Below, piece after piece: positions 1 to 19,226 of a DNA stretch of 64,000 nucleotides. The position numbers were made by a program, and so were the translations under genes. The notes under the pieces were generated by a model that made no database searches, was not told where the DNA came from, and worked only from the letters and a program-made list of their open reading frames with translations. Each line of letters begins with the position of its first letter. Position 1 is the first letter of the stretch. The DNA comes from Eledone cirrhosa (taxonomy: Eukaryota), in NCBI GenBank assembly GCA_964016885.1, contig CAXHJY010000254.1, positions 1-64,000 of the forward strand, written 5' to 3'.

Positions 1-160
1 GTAGGTGCCACCGGCAAAAAAAGCACCCAGCACTCACTGTAAATGAGTTGGTGTTAGGAAGGGCATCCAGCTGTAGAAATCAAGCCAGAATCAGTTCCCG
101 TCCCACCCTTGCAAGCAGGGAAAAGCGGACGTAAAATGAATGATGATGATGATGATGATG
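1..160 (+). mobile_element. 3' part of a tRNA-derived SINE with RTE-LINE-like tail ending in (GAT)n
   Basis: Matches the reverse complement of the SINE copies at 57883-58219 and 39291-39626; shares GTTGGTGTTAGGAAGGGCATCCA and the (GAT)n end with the RTE 3' UTR at about 28455-28607. Confidence 0.8.
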
Positions 161-170
161 ATATATATAT

Positions 171-261
<91 letters not shown>

Positions 262-530
262 GTATATATATATAGGTATATATATATATATATATATAGG
301 TATATATATAGGTATATATATATATATATAGGTATATATATATATATAGGTATATATATATATAGGTATATATATATATAATAGATATATATATATATAT
401 ATAGGTATATATATATATATATATATAGGTATATATATATATATATAGGTATATAATATATATATAGGTATATATATATATATAGGTATATATATATATA
501 GGTATATATATGGTTATATATATATATAGG

Positions 531-563
<33 letters not shown>

Positions 564-608
564 TATATATATATATATATATATAGGTATATATATATAT
601 ATATATAT

Positions 609-639
<31 letters not shown>

Positions 640-647
640 GGTATATA

Positions 648-698
<51 letters not shown>

Positions 699-901
699 TA
701 TATATATATATATATAGGTATATATATATATATATATATATAGGTATATATATATATAATAGGTATATATATATATATATATATATAGGTATATATATAT
801 ATAATATATATATATAGGTATATATATATATATATAGGTATATATATATATATATATATAGGTATATATATATATATATATATAGGTATATATATATATA
901 T

Positions 902-936
<35 letters not shown>

Positions 937-960
937 TATATATATATATATATATAATAT
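161..960. repeat. (TA)n microsatellite with GG interruptions
   Basis: Directly visible (TA)nGG units. Confidence 0.98.
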
Positions 961-992
961 AAGATCAAAAGATGGTTAAAGGAGTTCCATGT

Positions 993-1060
993 ATTTTATT
1001 ATGCGCATTTCAAAAACAAACATCATCATGCAATAATATTGTGTTTTCATCAGATAAAAC
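993..1060 (-). ncRNA. Type I hammerhead ribozyme in the PLE family B pLTR
   Basis: Minus strand: GTTTTAT-CTGATGA-(AT-rich bulged stem II)-GAAA-TGCGCA-TA-ATAAAAT. 7-bp stem I, palindromic minimal stem III (ATGCGCAT), AUA cleavage site. Confidence 0.85.
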
Positions 1061-1158
1061 AGGAGAACATGATATGAAAGGCTAAAAAACACTTGTGGAT
1101 AGTGCAGTTTTAAATCAACATATGCAAAAGTGGTTTTAGATTGATGAGTGATATTGGG

Positions 1159-1583
1159 AAAAATATTTTATTTAGAGGGGGGGGGGGGGGTGGAAAGGAT
1201 GAAAAAGGGGAGGAGATGAGAGGGAGAGATGGGTGATAGAGAGAAAGAGATAGTTTTTATAACTGAGAGAAGATATATTGTTTTACATAGAGAGGTTGAA
1301 AACCGTTGGAAGATAATGTATAAATTAAAAGAATTTGAAAATTAACGAAGGGAAGATATGTACGAGGAAAAGATATTTTATTTAGGGAGGGGGGGGAAGG
1401 ATGAAAAAAGGGGGAGGAGATGAGAGTGAAGGTGGAGAGGGAGAGATGGGTGATAGAGAGAAAGAGATAGTTTTTATAACTGAGAAAAGATATATTGTTT
1501 TACATAGAGAGGTTGAGAACCGTTGGAAGATAATGTATAAATTAAAAGAATTTGAAAATTAACGAAGGGAATTTATGTATGAA
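1159..1583. repeat. Tandem duplication (about 210 bp x2) in the PLE family B 3' UTR
   Basis: GAGAGATGGGTGATAGAGAGAAAGAGATAG...GAAAATTAACGAAGGGAA occurs twice in tandem. Confidence 0.9.
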
Positions 1584-3363
1584 GATAGAGAGAAAAAATA
1601 ATAATTGTGGATGAATATTCCAACGTCAAAAAAAGTGTATGTTGATAAGTATTGTGGCAATTTCAAATTAACGAAGAGAAAAAATTATTACGGTTTGTGT
1701 GTAGAAGGATTTGAGAAAAATAATGTGAAGTTAAAGTTTGTATATTGAATGAATTGATAATATGTGCGAATAAGAGTTAATATGTATTAAGAATGAGTCG
1801 TTGATGGGGAGAAAAAAATAATAAATTAAGGATGAAATTGAGATTAAAAAGTTTTATGATAGAGAGAAAAAATAATAATAATTGCGGATGAATATTCTAA
1901 CGTCAAAAAAACAAATGCATATGTTATGAAGGATTTTACAAGGTGAAGATAGAAAGAGGGTAATGAGTAAACAAGTATTATAGAGTGTATAATGCCCTTT
2001 GAAGTAAGGTAGGAAGATGGGTATATTTTAAAGAGGTGTATGTATATGTGCCTTTGAGAAAAGATTCTAAATTGATAAAGAATTGAATATTAACTGTATA
2101 CTTTGTGAAAAGTCCTCTGGAATTTATGCAGGCAGATAGAAAACAAATCTGTACGTCTATTTATTATAGAATCTAGATAGAGATAATGGTAAATTTTTCA
2201 TTTAGGCAGAGATTACAGATTTTAGATAGAGCTGTTCAAGTATGAGGATGCAGAAGAAACCTTCTTCCAAAAGATGGTATATTTAATGTTTTTGTCTTTC
2301 AAGGACCATATGAGTTCTGAGAGAGCCGTGTTGGTTCTTTTAAGTTTGTATTTGAAAGATGAATGGTGATTATAGAGACGAGCTTTAAAAGAGGTGGAAG
2401 TGGAGCCAAAATAGGTGAAGGAATTGGTGCTTGTTATAACTTTACATTCATAAATTAAGTTTTTATCGAGACAATGGTTGTTGAGAGGACATTTATTTTT
2501 AATGCGGCAGTTGCAATTAGAGAGATTATTAATGAGTGACCTAGTGTTATCTATAGAAGGAATTGGACTGGAGAAGTTGTTTGCGATAGGAATAATAGGA
2601 ATAATAGTTTCTTGATTTAGAGTTGGATTATGAACATTTAGCGAAGTTGTGTTTGACGTTGTATTTGGGTTTACAGAAGTTAGCCTAGGGTTTACAATGA
2701 CGTCGGGAGTACTATTACTGTTATTATGAAATTCAATGTTGGAAGGAAGAGATTTAGTATTTAGTATTTTATTGTTGTGTTTAGAGATGATGTTGGAAAT
2801 ATTGGAGGGATGTAGAATAAGAAAATTTGATGGTGTGTTTGTTAAATATTTTACTATAGATATGTGAGGGAGGGAAGCATTTATTTAAGGCACTAAAAAA
2901 TAATTAGGAATATTGTTATTAATAGAGATGGAGAAAGGAGCATTATACCAGATTATGTTTTTGTATCTAGGTCTTTTATTAAAATTATTGGAATGATCAT
3001 GATTAATTATTCTACTGTAAGTTTTTCTAGAATTTGTTTCTTTACTATATTTGATTTTATCTGGATAGCCGGCTTTAGAAAGTGCGTTATTATAGTAATT
3101 GGCGTTAGCATCAAAGATGTTTTTATTAGAAGATATGTTAGATATTCTTTTTCCAATATTACTAACTATAGCATTCTTGATATTGGTAGGATGGTTAGAT
3201 TTAAAGTTAACATAATTTAGGTTCTCATTGTTTTTATGGTAAGGGTAATATAGGCCAGTGTCAAGATTAAGAGATACATCCAAGAAATTAGCTAGTTTGA
3301 TACTATTATCAAATTCAATTACCCTTACCATAAAAACAATGAGAACTTAAATTATGTTAACTT

Positions 3364-3500
3364 TACATACAGACTAGCTGGACACTCACTGTAAAGTGTC
3401 TAGTGAAAAACTCGGCACATGTACATATGTATACATGTGTGTATTTATATGCATACTAGTACTTCCGTATACATATGTAGATGTACACTTTAACTTAATT
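3364..3500. repeat. Unclassified interspersed repeat; inverted copy at 63861-63997
   Basis: Reverse complement of 63861-63997 with few differences. Confidence 0.85.
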
Positions 3501-7336
<3,836 letters not shown>

Positions 7337-8325
7337 CTGTTAGAACACGAAAAGTGTGAAACAACAGAATGTTCACTTTTCGTGTTCTAACATATATGCG
7401 TAGCTTCTTAAAAAATTTTTCGGGGATAGCGTGGTGGTGGTGATCGTATGTCATTGGCTAATTTTCAACCAATCAGAGTACCTCTCTCTATATCTCTTCC
7501 ACTGTTACTTACGCCTGTTTCTCTCTATCTGTTCCGTCTCTATATATATCTCTTACTCTTTCGCTTTGCACTCCTCCCCTTCAATACCATCTCTCCCCCT
7601 CTCTATATATTTGTTACTCTATCGCTGCACGCTCCTCTCCTTCAATATATCAATTACACACGCTTTACACTCCTTTATCCCCAGCGCCCCTATATATACA
7701 CCCCCCCTCTCCCGCATCTATATTTTAATGTACCGCTGCACCGTGAATATATGTGTCTATATATATATACATATATATTGTATATACACATTCATGTATG
7801 TGTATACACACTCATGTATGTATATACACTGGTTTTATGTGTGTATTGTAAATTTGTACTGTTAAAACACGAAACTAACATTCGATTGACACTTTGATTA
7901 CCTGTACAGGCAATAGTTATTAGAATGCTGTTGAAGTGTGTATATATTTTTGGGGGACATCCTGTATATACACACATTATATATAATACAATAAACAGAT
8001 AAATACACACATATATATATGAGCTTATTTAATTATAAATATTGTGAATTTTTAACTCAGTTCAATTATATATATAAATGGTTTCTACAGGACTAGAACT
8101 GTTCATTCGAAAGAAATCATCATAATATTGAGAGGGGGGGACTAGATAAAATATTCAAATCAAATGTGTATAAGTTATAAGTTAAAATGTATAAATAGAG
8201 ACGATAGTGGAGGTATATCTGTTTAGTGGAAACAGTAGACGATAGAATTAAATACAGACGATAATCTCCCTTTAATGAAACAGCAGACGATAGAATTAAG
8301 GCAATTTAAATTTAAGCATTTGCAT

Positions 8326-8380
8326 TTTTGCCTTTCATCGTTACGGGGTCGATAAAATAAAGTACCAGTAATACACTGTC
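8326..8380 (+). mobile_element. SINE central-domain fragment (GCCTTTCATC..GGGGTCGATAAAATAAAGTACCAG); related decayed copies at about 9190-9320, 51670-51750, 51850-51940 and 53395-53450 (-)
   Basis: Recurrent motif, preceded at about 9245 by a B-box-like GTTCAAATCC; resembles the conserved domain of MetaSINE-type elements (from recall, not searched). Confidence 0.6.
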
Positions 8381-8737
8381 ACTAGACGACTTTCAAATTG
8401 AATTGTTGGTTCCATTTCTTTAGTATTTTCAATTGTAGTTATCTACTTAAAAAGCGTTACACGGTTAGAGACATAATTCGTAAGTTATATCTTCCCTATT
8501 AAACCATTGCATTATTTCGCCTACAATAGAACAAAAATGAAATGTTCTTTAAAGAAACAGGAATATAACTTTATAAAAAAAAAAGTTGCATCCGCTTCTT
8601 TTATCATTGATAATTTTTTCGTTTTAATATTAATTGTTTTTTGTAGTTGTTTATATTAAAAATCTTACTGTAATATTTACTTAAACGAAGGCAAACATCT
8701 AAACTTATAGATTAATCTTGAGCGAAGGACTAGATAA

Positions 8738-8792
<55 letters not shown>

Positions 8793-9908
8793 AACGAAGA
8801 ATGATAAAATTTCAAGCAAAGAGTTTAATTAGGTATATTTTGTAATATTATTAACTAATTATTATAATTAACGCGCATATTTTGCTATCCTCAAACACGT
8901 TTACACATGGCATGAAATATAACTAATCCGAGATGGCTAGGTTTCATCTTCTAACTGGATATACGAAATCCATTATGTCTTGACAACAACATGAGGTAAC
9001 ATTATGTTATTCACAGACACACTTTGTACACTGTTCCATATCAGAATGTATTTCCTTCGTCACATTCACAAACAGTATTGAAAATATGTTCTTCGGCAAA
9101 TAAAATGTTTTGTTCATAATATTTCAACTAGCGATTGCTCTACTCCACGCACGACCACCATAAATTAATGACCAGCTCAACACAAGTATTGGTAGAGCGT
9201 CAGACACCATGCTTTGCAGTATTGTTATGGTCCTTTGCATTCTAAGTTCAAATCCTGCCGAGGTTAACTTCGACTTTCATACTTACTAATTCGATAAAAT
9301 AAAGTACCAGTAATGGACTGCCGTAATGGATTTGTGCCGAAAAATAAAAACACTATTAATGTGCAATAAGAGCAAAATATAACGACATTGCTCAATTATT
9401 TTATCTAATGTTGTAATAACACAAGGAAATGTTGTTTGTGTATTTTTTTTTATATTTGCTCATAGGCTTTTACAATTTCGCTCAGCCAACAACTATTAAA
9501 AAGTGAGTTGCTTAAGATAACAATTTAATCACAAATTGTTGCTATCTTTTAATACACTCCAACAAGTCATCAAATTATGTACAATAAAAACAAATCTTAT
9601 TAATTTGCTCAGGGAATATAAAGAAAATGTATATACACTGATAATTGCAATTGTATGTAAATATTTTGTTTTTGTATTGTATATTTTATGTTTTCTATTA
9701 TGTATAATATATTGATTTAATATTGATTGTTTTTTGTAGTTGTTTATATTAAAAGTCTGAAAATATTTTTATACATCTTACACTAATATTTATAAGATAA
9801 TTTATAATAACAATTACATAATCTAATTACATTACAACGATAATTTATTATTAATATATATCCTGTTTAACTAGAGTTATTACAAGCGTTGCCTTAAAAA
9901 AATATTAA

Positions 9909-10854
9909 ACTAGACATGAAAAATGCGCAAGCTCAAAAGTGCCACAGAATGTTATAATAAACCTTCAAAAGTGTGGGACTAGAGTTGTTGCTAAAAAATA
10001 TTGTAATCATTATATATCGTACATTCTGTGGCATCCTTTATAAAAATAGCTTAAACCAACGAAGCCTTTATTTTTACGCTATTTCACTTAGTTAATTCTT
10101 AGAGTGTAACATATAAAAATAAATACATCTATGTTTAATGTAATAACAGCTATAAATAATTACGTAATATTATTATCATATACTCATAGTAACAAAATAA
10201 TTGTGTTGAAACTTAATATGATGCTTATATGAACGATCAAATCTATAATGATAATTTCTTAAATATACTAATAGTAAAATAATTTAGTTATCTATTGTTA
10301 CATTTTCATAGAACTATAATATTAACAATCGTATTGCATTATCAAATTTTTATCACTACAAACTTTCATATTGGAATTACCTTAAGCCACTTATTATTAC
10401 TTCGCTTTCGTACTTTTACAGCTGTAGATATTGCGCTGTATCTTATATCTAATATCAATATCTCGTGGTAATTTGCATGAGGTTTATTAATAACTTTAAT
10501 ATGAAATGTATTATACAGGGCTGCGGAGTCGGCCAAAAATTGACTGGCTCCAACTCAGGATCCGATACTCCATTATTTCCTAAATTTCAGCTCCGCAGCT
10601 CTGTTATTATATTAATTAATTTATTTTATAGTTGTAAATGATATTTTTATATGTTACACTCTAAGAATTAACTAAGTGAAATAGCGTAAAAATAAAGGCT
10701 TCGTTGGTTTAAGCTATTTTTATAAAGGATGCCACAGAATGTACGATATATAATGATTACAATATTTTTTAGCAACAACTCTAGTCCCACACTTTTGAAG
10801 GTTTATTATAACATTCTGTGGCACTTTTGAGCTTGCGCATTTTTCATGTCTAGT
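9909..10854. repeat. 213-bp apparently perfect inverted repeat (9909-10121 / 10642-10854) around a 520-bp spacer; foldback/MITE-like or inverted duplication
   Basis: ACTAGACATGAAAAATGCGC...CATATAAAAATA mirrored by TATTTTTATATG...GCGCATTTTTCATGTCTAGT. Confidence 0.92.
10516..10603. mobile_element. 88-bp hAT-type MITE
   Basis: TIRs CAGGGCTGCGGAG / CTCCGCAGCTCTG; 8-bp flanks GTATTATA / TTATTATA (7/8 match, TSD-like). Confidence 0.7.
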
Positions 10855-13229
<2,375 letters not shown>

Positions 13230-16200
13230 AAAATTTCAGTTATCAATAATGTAGTGATAATATATCGTTACGTTAGAGATGAACAGCGTACGTGCAGGTT
13301 TGCTCAACGAGTATAAATTATATTCCGGAGAAATGTAGAAAGGATGAATATAAAATGAAAGTGCTTTTGTTAAAAAAGGAATTTATTAGGTATTGACATA
13401 TGTTTCTGTAACAGACCGAATACCTATGTATCGCTGCTTGCGTAATCATATAATGTTAGCAAGTATTCGATAGCAAATGTATAATCAGTTGTCACTTCTT
13501 CAGAGATTTTGGATAAACTGGATAAAATCAGAAAATTGAAGTATTTATATTAGTAAAAGAGGAAGGAACAGAGGGGATAGAATATGACAGATGGTAAAAT
13601 AATTTACTGCTAAACAAGTATATAATGGGTTTTTAATGAGAATACCATGAGTAAATCTAAATAAGAATTTTGGGAGTGCCGATTTTAATCTCTACTTGAC
13701 CAACTGGACAGTGGACAGGGCTGGTCATTTGGTGCAGTAGTATTAATCATAAAGTGTCAATTGGGGAAGGGGGAGATTTCGATTGCTACTAAATAACATC
13801 AATGCTCGTAGTCAGCTGGTATTTGCACTAGGGAATTGAATCAAAAAATCAGAAATCTCATTTTATCTATAGCAGTTTGTATTAAAAGGTAAATAATAGA
13901 AGAGTTGATAGAATTAAGACTAATAAAGAATGTTCATATCTATTTTGACAATCAAACGGGGATAGAGACAGGCGTTCAATCCTGGTAGTATTTATAATAT
14001 GAAAATGTAGATTTTAAGCGATGGTTACAGTATAACGATCGCTCTATTCTGTTATTTAATAAAATGTTTTTGGATTTCATAATACAAAATAATTCTACAT
14101 TACATAATCTACAAAATTCCTGTCCATTGGTATATGGGGGGCAGACGCTATTATATCCCATTTTAGGTGAAATTGTTGGTTATTTTCACGCAGCTGCCAA
14201 GCCTTGTCTGCGAGTGTTGTTACATAACGCTGGTTTTCATGTTTTATCGAATAACGATGTCTATAAAGGCGTGATTTAAAGGAGGTGGCTGTAGATCCCA
14301 CATAGTACCACTTTTGTCTATCCGATTCGATAGTACATTTGTATACGATGTTGCGTTCAAGACACTGATTGTTCAACGGACACATTCCTGGTTGGACACA
14401 GTTGCAATTACAATTTTGCGTTGTTGTATTGCCATGGATGGGTTGATGAGGTTGCTTATGTAGGACAGGATGTTGTTTGTTGTTTTGTGATGTTATAGCT
14501 AATGTTTTACGTGTATTGTTATGTGTTGGAAGGCGTTTATACAACCGTTTTGCGTTAAGCATTTTTATATGTTGTTCAATATTAGGGGCGGTTGAATATG
14601 AAAGTCGGATGGTGTTAGGGTTTAAGATTTTATTATATTTATGTGATGTTGGAAAGTGTTTTCTAACTAATCGAAAGAATTTTGAGGGTAGATTGGTTTT
14701 AATAAATTTGTTATAGACCGGGTTGTACCAGATATACTCCTTACATCGCCTTCTGTTTGGTGGTGTGCGACTATTATTGTGTCTATTGCGGTAGTGTATG
14801 TATGGTGGTGATTCTGTGCTATTTCTACTCCTATGTGAATTATTTTGGGTGTTTTGGTGATCATTGACTATATACTCTATATTATCTAGGTGACCGGCTT
14901 TCCTAAGTGCATCATCATAATACTCGGCATGTTCTTTGAAGGTTTGTTGGTTGGACGATAGGCGGGAGATTCTAAGAGAAACATTTCTAGGGATGGATTT
15001 AATTATAGAGAGTGGATGGTTAGAACTCGTATTTACATATTTAAGGTTCTCATTTAGTTTATGGAACGGTTTAATCGTATCTGTATTGAGATTGAAAGTA
15101 ACATCAAGGAAATTGACCTCTTTGAGGTTATATTCAAATGTAATATTTAATCCTAGTTCTTTAAAAGTTTTCTGATATTTTTACGCATCCTTTCTAAATT
15201 CTGGTTATTCATATTCTTAACTAATAGGAGCGCATCGTCACGGTAAATTCCACCGTGGAGATCCTTGAATTTTCCTTGTAATCTGTGGGTGATATAAATT
15301 CCCACAAGATCTGTTACTTCCGCCGAATCATTAGAACCCATAGTGATATCAAAATTAGAAGGTCTATCTTTGCGAACCCAGTAGCTATCATCGAATTTAA
15401 CTATAGTTTTTCTCGCTTCCATAATAATTTTAATTTCAGCATCCGTAAGGTCGGAATTATCCTTAGCGAACGAAAGAGCTTCATGTAGAGTATCAGGTGA
15501 AATTGAGGAATAATATTCATCAATATCAAACTGAATAAATTTTGATTTTTTCTTATCAGTAATGTTGTTAAACCATCTTATTGCTTCATGAGTGTTACCC
15601 CATAGTTTAATCTCTACTTTAACCTTAACTTGGGGGATAATTCTGTCTAGTATATATTTGCTAATTTTACCTATATCAGATTTAGAGGGGCATATAAGTC
15701 TAATATTAGGGTTAGTATCGAAGTTTACCTTGTGGTCCTTCAGGTTGAAGGATGGTATAGCTGGTGTTAAGGGTTGCGTTCTATCGTCAATACAAAGTTT
15801 TTTAACAATATCACATGCCGAGTTGTTGATGTTTTTAAGTGTGGCTTCATTAGTTTTCCTGTATTTTTTATGCAATTCCTTACGGATGAAGTTATTGTAA
15901 GTGTCCACATCCATGGTATATACGTTTGATGTTTTGTCTGCTCTAACAATAACTCCATTGGCGTTTTTTTAGATTATTGAGCAGTGCCGTGATGTCATTC
16001 TGTAGTTTATTGTTCTTACGTTTGTAAATTTGATCTCCATGATCATATCCATTAGGTCTTGTTCAAATGCATCCAAAAGTGGGTTTGAGGGTGGGTTCTT
16101 GTAAGATTTAAATCCAAATTTATCCTTGTTAAGATCCGATGTTTGGTTTATACGGCTTTTGTCAAAATGGAATGTTTTCCATCTGATTCGTCGAATAAAA

Positions 16201-16340
16201 TCATTGGTCCTTCGTATCATACCTAGAATATATTCCCTTTTTGCCTGAATAGGTATGTTTTTTAACGACATATCCAATTGGTGCCTTTCCATTTTAGAAG
16301 CGTATGCTGAATTAGTTGCTCAACTGTATAGAAGATTAAT
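13230..16340 (-). mobile_element. PLE family A copy 1, full 3.11-kb monomer
   Basis: ATG at 16292 (MERHQLDMSLKNIP), RT motifs IQFDIDEYY / MG / IYRDD, CNC..CPL..C linker, IVYKC..YYVGST GIY-YIG, stop at 13976, about 750-bp 3' UTR ending in the TA tract. Confidence 0.95.
13976..16292 (-). CDS. PLE RT + GIY-YIG endonuclease polyprotein, broken by four single-base homopolymer indels; 772 aa in consensus
   Basis: ORF pieces 15969-16292, 15153-15914, 14095-14562 and 13976-14161 join when corrected against copies 2 and 3 (2317 nt +1+1-1+1 = 2319). Confidence 0.88.
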
Positions 16341-19226
16341 AAAATTTCAGGTTATCAATAATGTAGTGATAATATATCGTTACGTTAGAGATGAACAGCG
16401 TACGTGCAGGTTTGCTCAACGAGTATAAATTATATTCCGGAGAAATGTAGAAAGGATGAATATAAAATGAAAGTGCTTTTGTTAAAAAAGGAATTTATTA
16501 GGTATTGACATATGTTTCTGTAACAGACCGAATACCTATGTATCGCTGCTTGCGTAATCATATAATGTTAGCAAGTATTCGATAGCAAATGTATAATCAG
16601 TTGTCACTTCTTCAGAGATTTTGGATAAACTGGATAAAATCAGAAAAATTGAAGTATTTATATTAGTAAAAGAGGAAGGAACAGAGGGGATAGAATATGA
16701 CAGATGGTAAAATAATTTACTGCTAAACAAGTATATAATGGGTTTTTAATGAGAATACCATGAGTAAATCTAAATAAGAATTTTGGGAGTGCCGATTTTA
16801 ATCTCTACTTGACCAACTGGACAGTGGACAGGGCTGGTCATTTGGTGCAGTAGTATTAATCATAAAGTGTCAATTGGGAAGGGGGAGATTTCGATTGCTA
16901 CTAAATAACATCAATGTTCGTAGTCAGCTGGTATTTGCACTAGGGAATTGAATCAAAAAATCAGAAATCTCATTTTATCTATAGCAGTTTGTATTAAAAG
17001 GTAAATAATAGAAGAGTTGATAGAATTAAGACTAATAAAGAATGTTCATATCTATTTTGACAATCAAACGGGGATAGAGACAGGCGTTCAATCCTGGTAG
17101 TATTTATAATATGAAAATGTAGATTTTAAGCGATGGTTACAGTATAACGATCGCTCTATTCTGTTATTTAATAAAATGTTTTTGGATTTCATAATACAAA
17201 ATAATTCTACATTACATAATCTACAAAATTCCTGTCCATTGGTATATGGGGGGGCAGACGCTATTATATCCCATTTTAGGTGAAATTGTTGGTTATTTTC
17301 ACGCAGCTGCCAAGCCTTGTCTGCGAGTGTTGTTACATAACGCTGGTTTTCATGTTTTATCGAATAACGATGTCTATAAAGGCGTGATTTAAAGGAGGTG
17401 GCTGTAGATCCCACATAGTACCACTTTTGTCTATCCGATTCGATAGTACATTTGTATACGATGTTGCGTTCAAGACACTGATTGTTCAACGGACACATTC
17501 CTGGTTGGACACAGTTGCAATTACAATTTTGCGTTGTTGTATTGCCATGGATGGGTTGATGAGGTTGCTTATGTAGGACAGGATGTTGTTTGTTGTTTTG
17601 TGATGTTATAGCTAATGTTTTACGTGTATTGTTATGTGTTGGAAGGCGTTTATACAACCGTTTTGCGTTAAGCATTTTTATATGTTGTTCAATATTAGGG
17701 GCGGTTGAATATGAAAGTCGGATGGTGTTAGGGTTTAAGATTTTATTATATTTATGTGATGTTGGAAAGTGTTTTCTAACTAATCGAAAGAATTTTGAGG
17801 GTAGATTGGTTTTAATAAATTTGTTATAGACCGGGTTGTACCAGATATACTCCTTACATCGCCTTCTGTTTGGTGGTGTGCGACTATTATTGTGTCTATT
17901 GCGGTAGTGTATGTATGGTGGTGATTCTGTGCTATTTCTACTCCTATGTGAATTATTTTGGGTGTTTTGGTGATCATTGACTATATACTCTATATTATCT
18001 AGGTGACCGGCTTTCCTAAGTGCATCATCATAATACTCGGCATGTTCTTTGAAGGTTTGTTGGTTGGACGATAGGCGGGAGATTCTAAGAGAAACATTTC
18101 TAGGGATGGATTTAATTATAGAGAGTGGATGGTTAGAACTCGTATTTACATATTTAAGGTTCTCATTTAGTTTATGGAACGGTTTAATCGTATCTGTATT
18201 GAGATTGAAAGTAACATCAAGGAAATTGACCTCTTTGAGGTTATATTCAAATGTAATATTTAATCCTAGTTCTTTAAAAAGTTTTCTGATATTTTTACGC
18301 ATCCTTTCTAAATTCTGGTTATTCATATTCTTAACTAATAGGAGCGCATCGTCACGGTAAATTCCACCGTGGAGATCCTTGAATTTTCCTTGTAATCTGT
18401 GGGTGATATAAATTCCCACAAGATCTGTTACTTCCGCCGAATCATTAGAACCCATAGTGATATCAAAATTAGAAGGTCTATCTTTGCGAACCCAGTAGCT
18501 ATCATCGAATTTAACTATAGTTTTTCTCGCTTCCATAATAATTTTAATTTCAGCATCCGTAAGGTCGGAATTATCCTTAGCGAACGAAAGAGCTTCATGT
18601 AGAGTATCAGGTGAAATTGAGGAATAATATTCATCAATATCAAACTGAATAAATTTTGATTTTTTCTTATCAGTAATGTTGTTAAACCATCTTATTGCTT
18701 CATGAGTGTTACCCCATAGTTTAATCTCTACTTTAACCTTAACTTGGGGGATAATTCTGTCTAGTATATATTGCTAATTTTACCTATATCAGATTTAGAG
18801 GGGCATATAAGTCTAATATTAGGGTTAGTATCGAAGTTTACCTTGTGGTCCTTCAGGTTGAAGGATGGTATAGCTGGTGTTAAGGGTTGCGTTCTATCGT
18901 CAATACAAAGTTTTTTAACAATATCACATGCCGAGTTGTTGATGTTTTTAAGTGTGGCTTCATTAGTTTTCCTGTATTTTTTTATGCAATTCCTTACGGA
19001 TGAAGTTATTGTAAGTGTCCACATCCATGGTATATACGTTTGATGTTTTGTCTGCTCTAACAATAACTCCATTGGCGTTTTTTAGATTATTGAGCAGTGC
19101 CGTGATGTCATTCTGTAATTTATTGTTCTTACGTTTTGTAAATTTGATCTCCATGATCATATCCATTAGGTCTTGTTCAAATGCATCCAAAAGTGGGTTT
19201 GAGGGTGGGTTCTTGTAAGATTTAAA
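16341..19226 (-). mobile_element. PLE family A copy 2, 5'-truncated, head-to-tail with copy 1; contains the 482-aa ORF 17088-18536
   Basis: Near-identical to copy 1 at about 3111-bp offset; breaks at GATTTAAA, about 180 nt into the ORF. Confidence 0.95.

Larger units (their letters stand above)
961..3300 (-). mobile_element. 5'-truncated, frameshifted Penelope-like element (family B, Hydra-clade-like): RT thumb, GIY-YIG endonuclease and long 3' UTR/pLTR
   Basis: ORF 2885-3331 has NFLDVSLNL..YPYHK..YVN..SNHP..IIWYNAPFS. Minus-strand 2090-2520 reads CNCRIKNKCPLNNHCL..LIYECKV..YFGSTSTSFKARLYNH..CNLCLNEK, homologous to the family A ORF. Confidence 0.9.
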
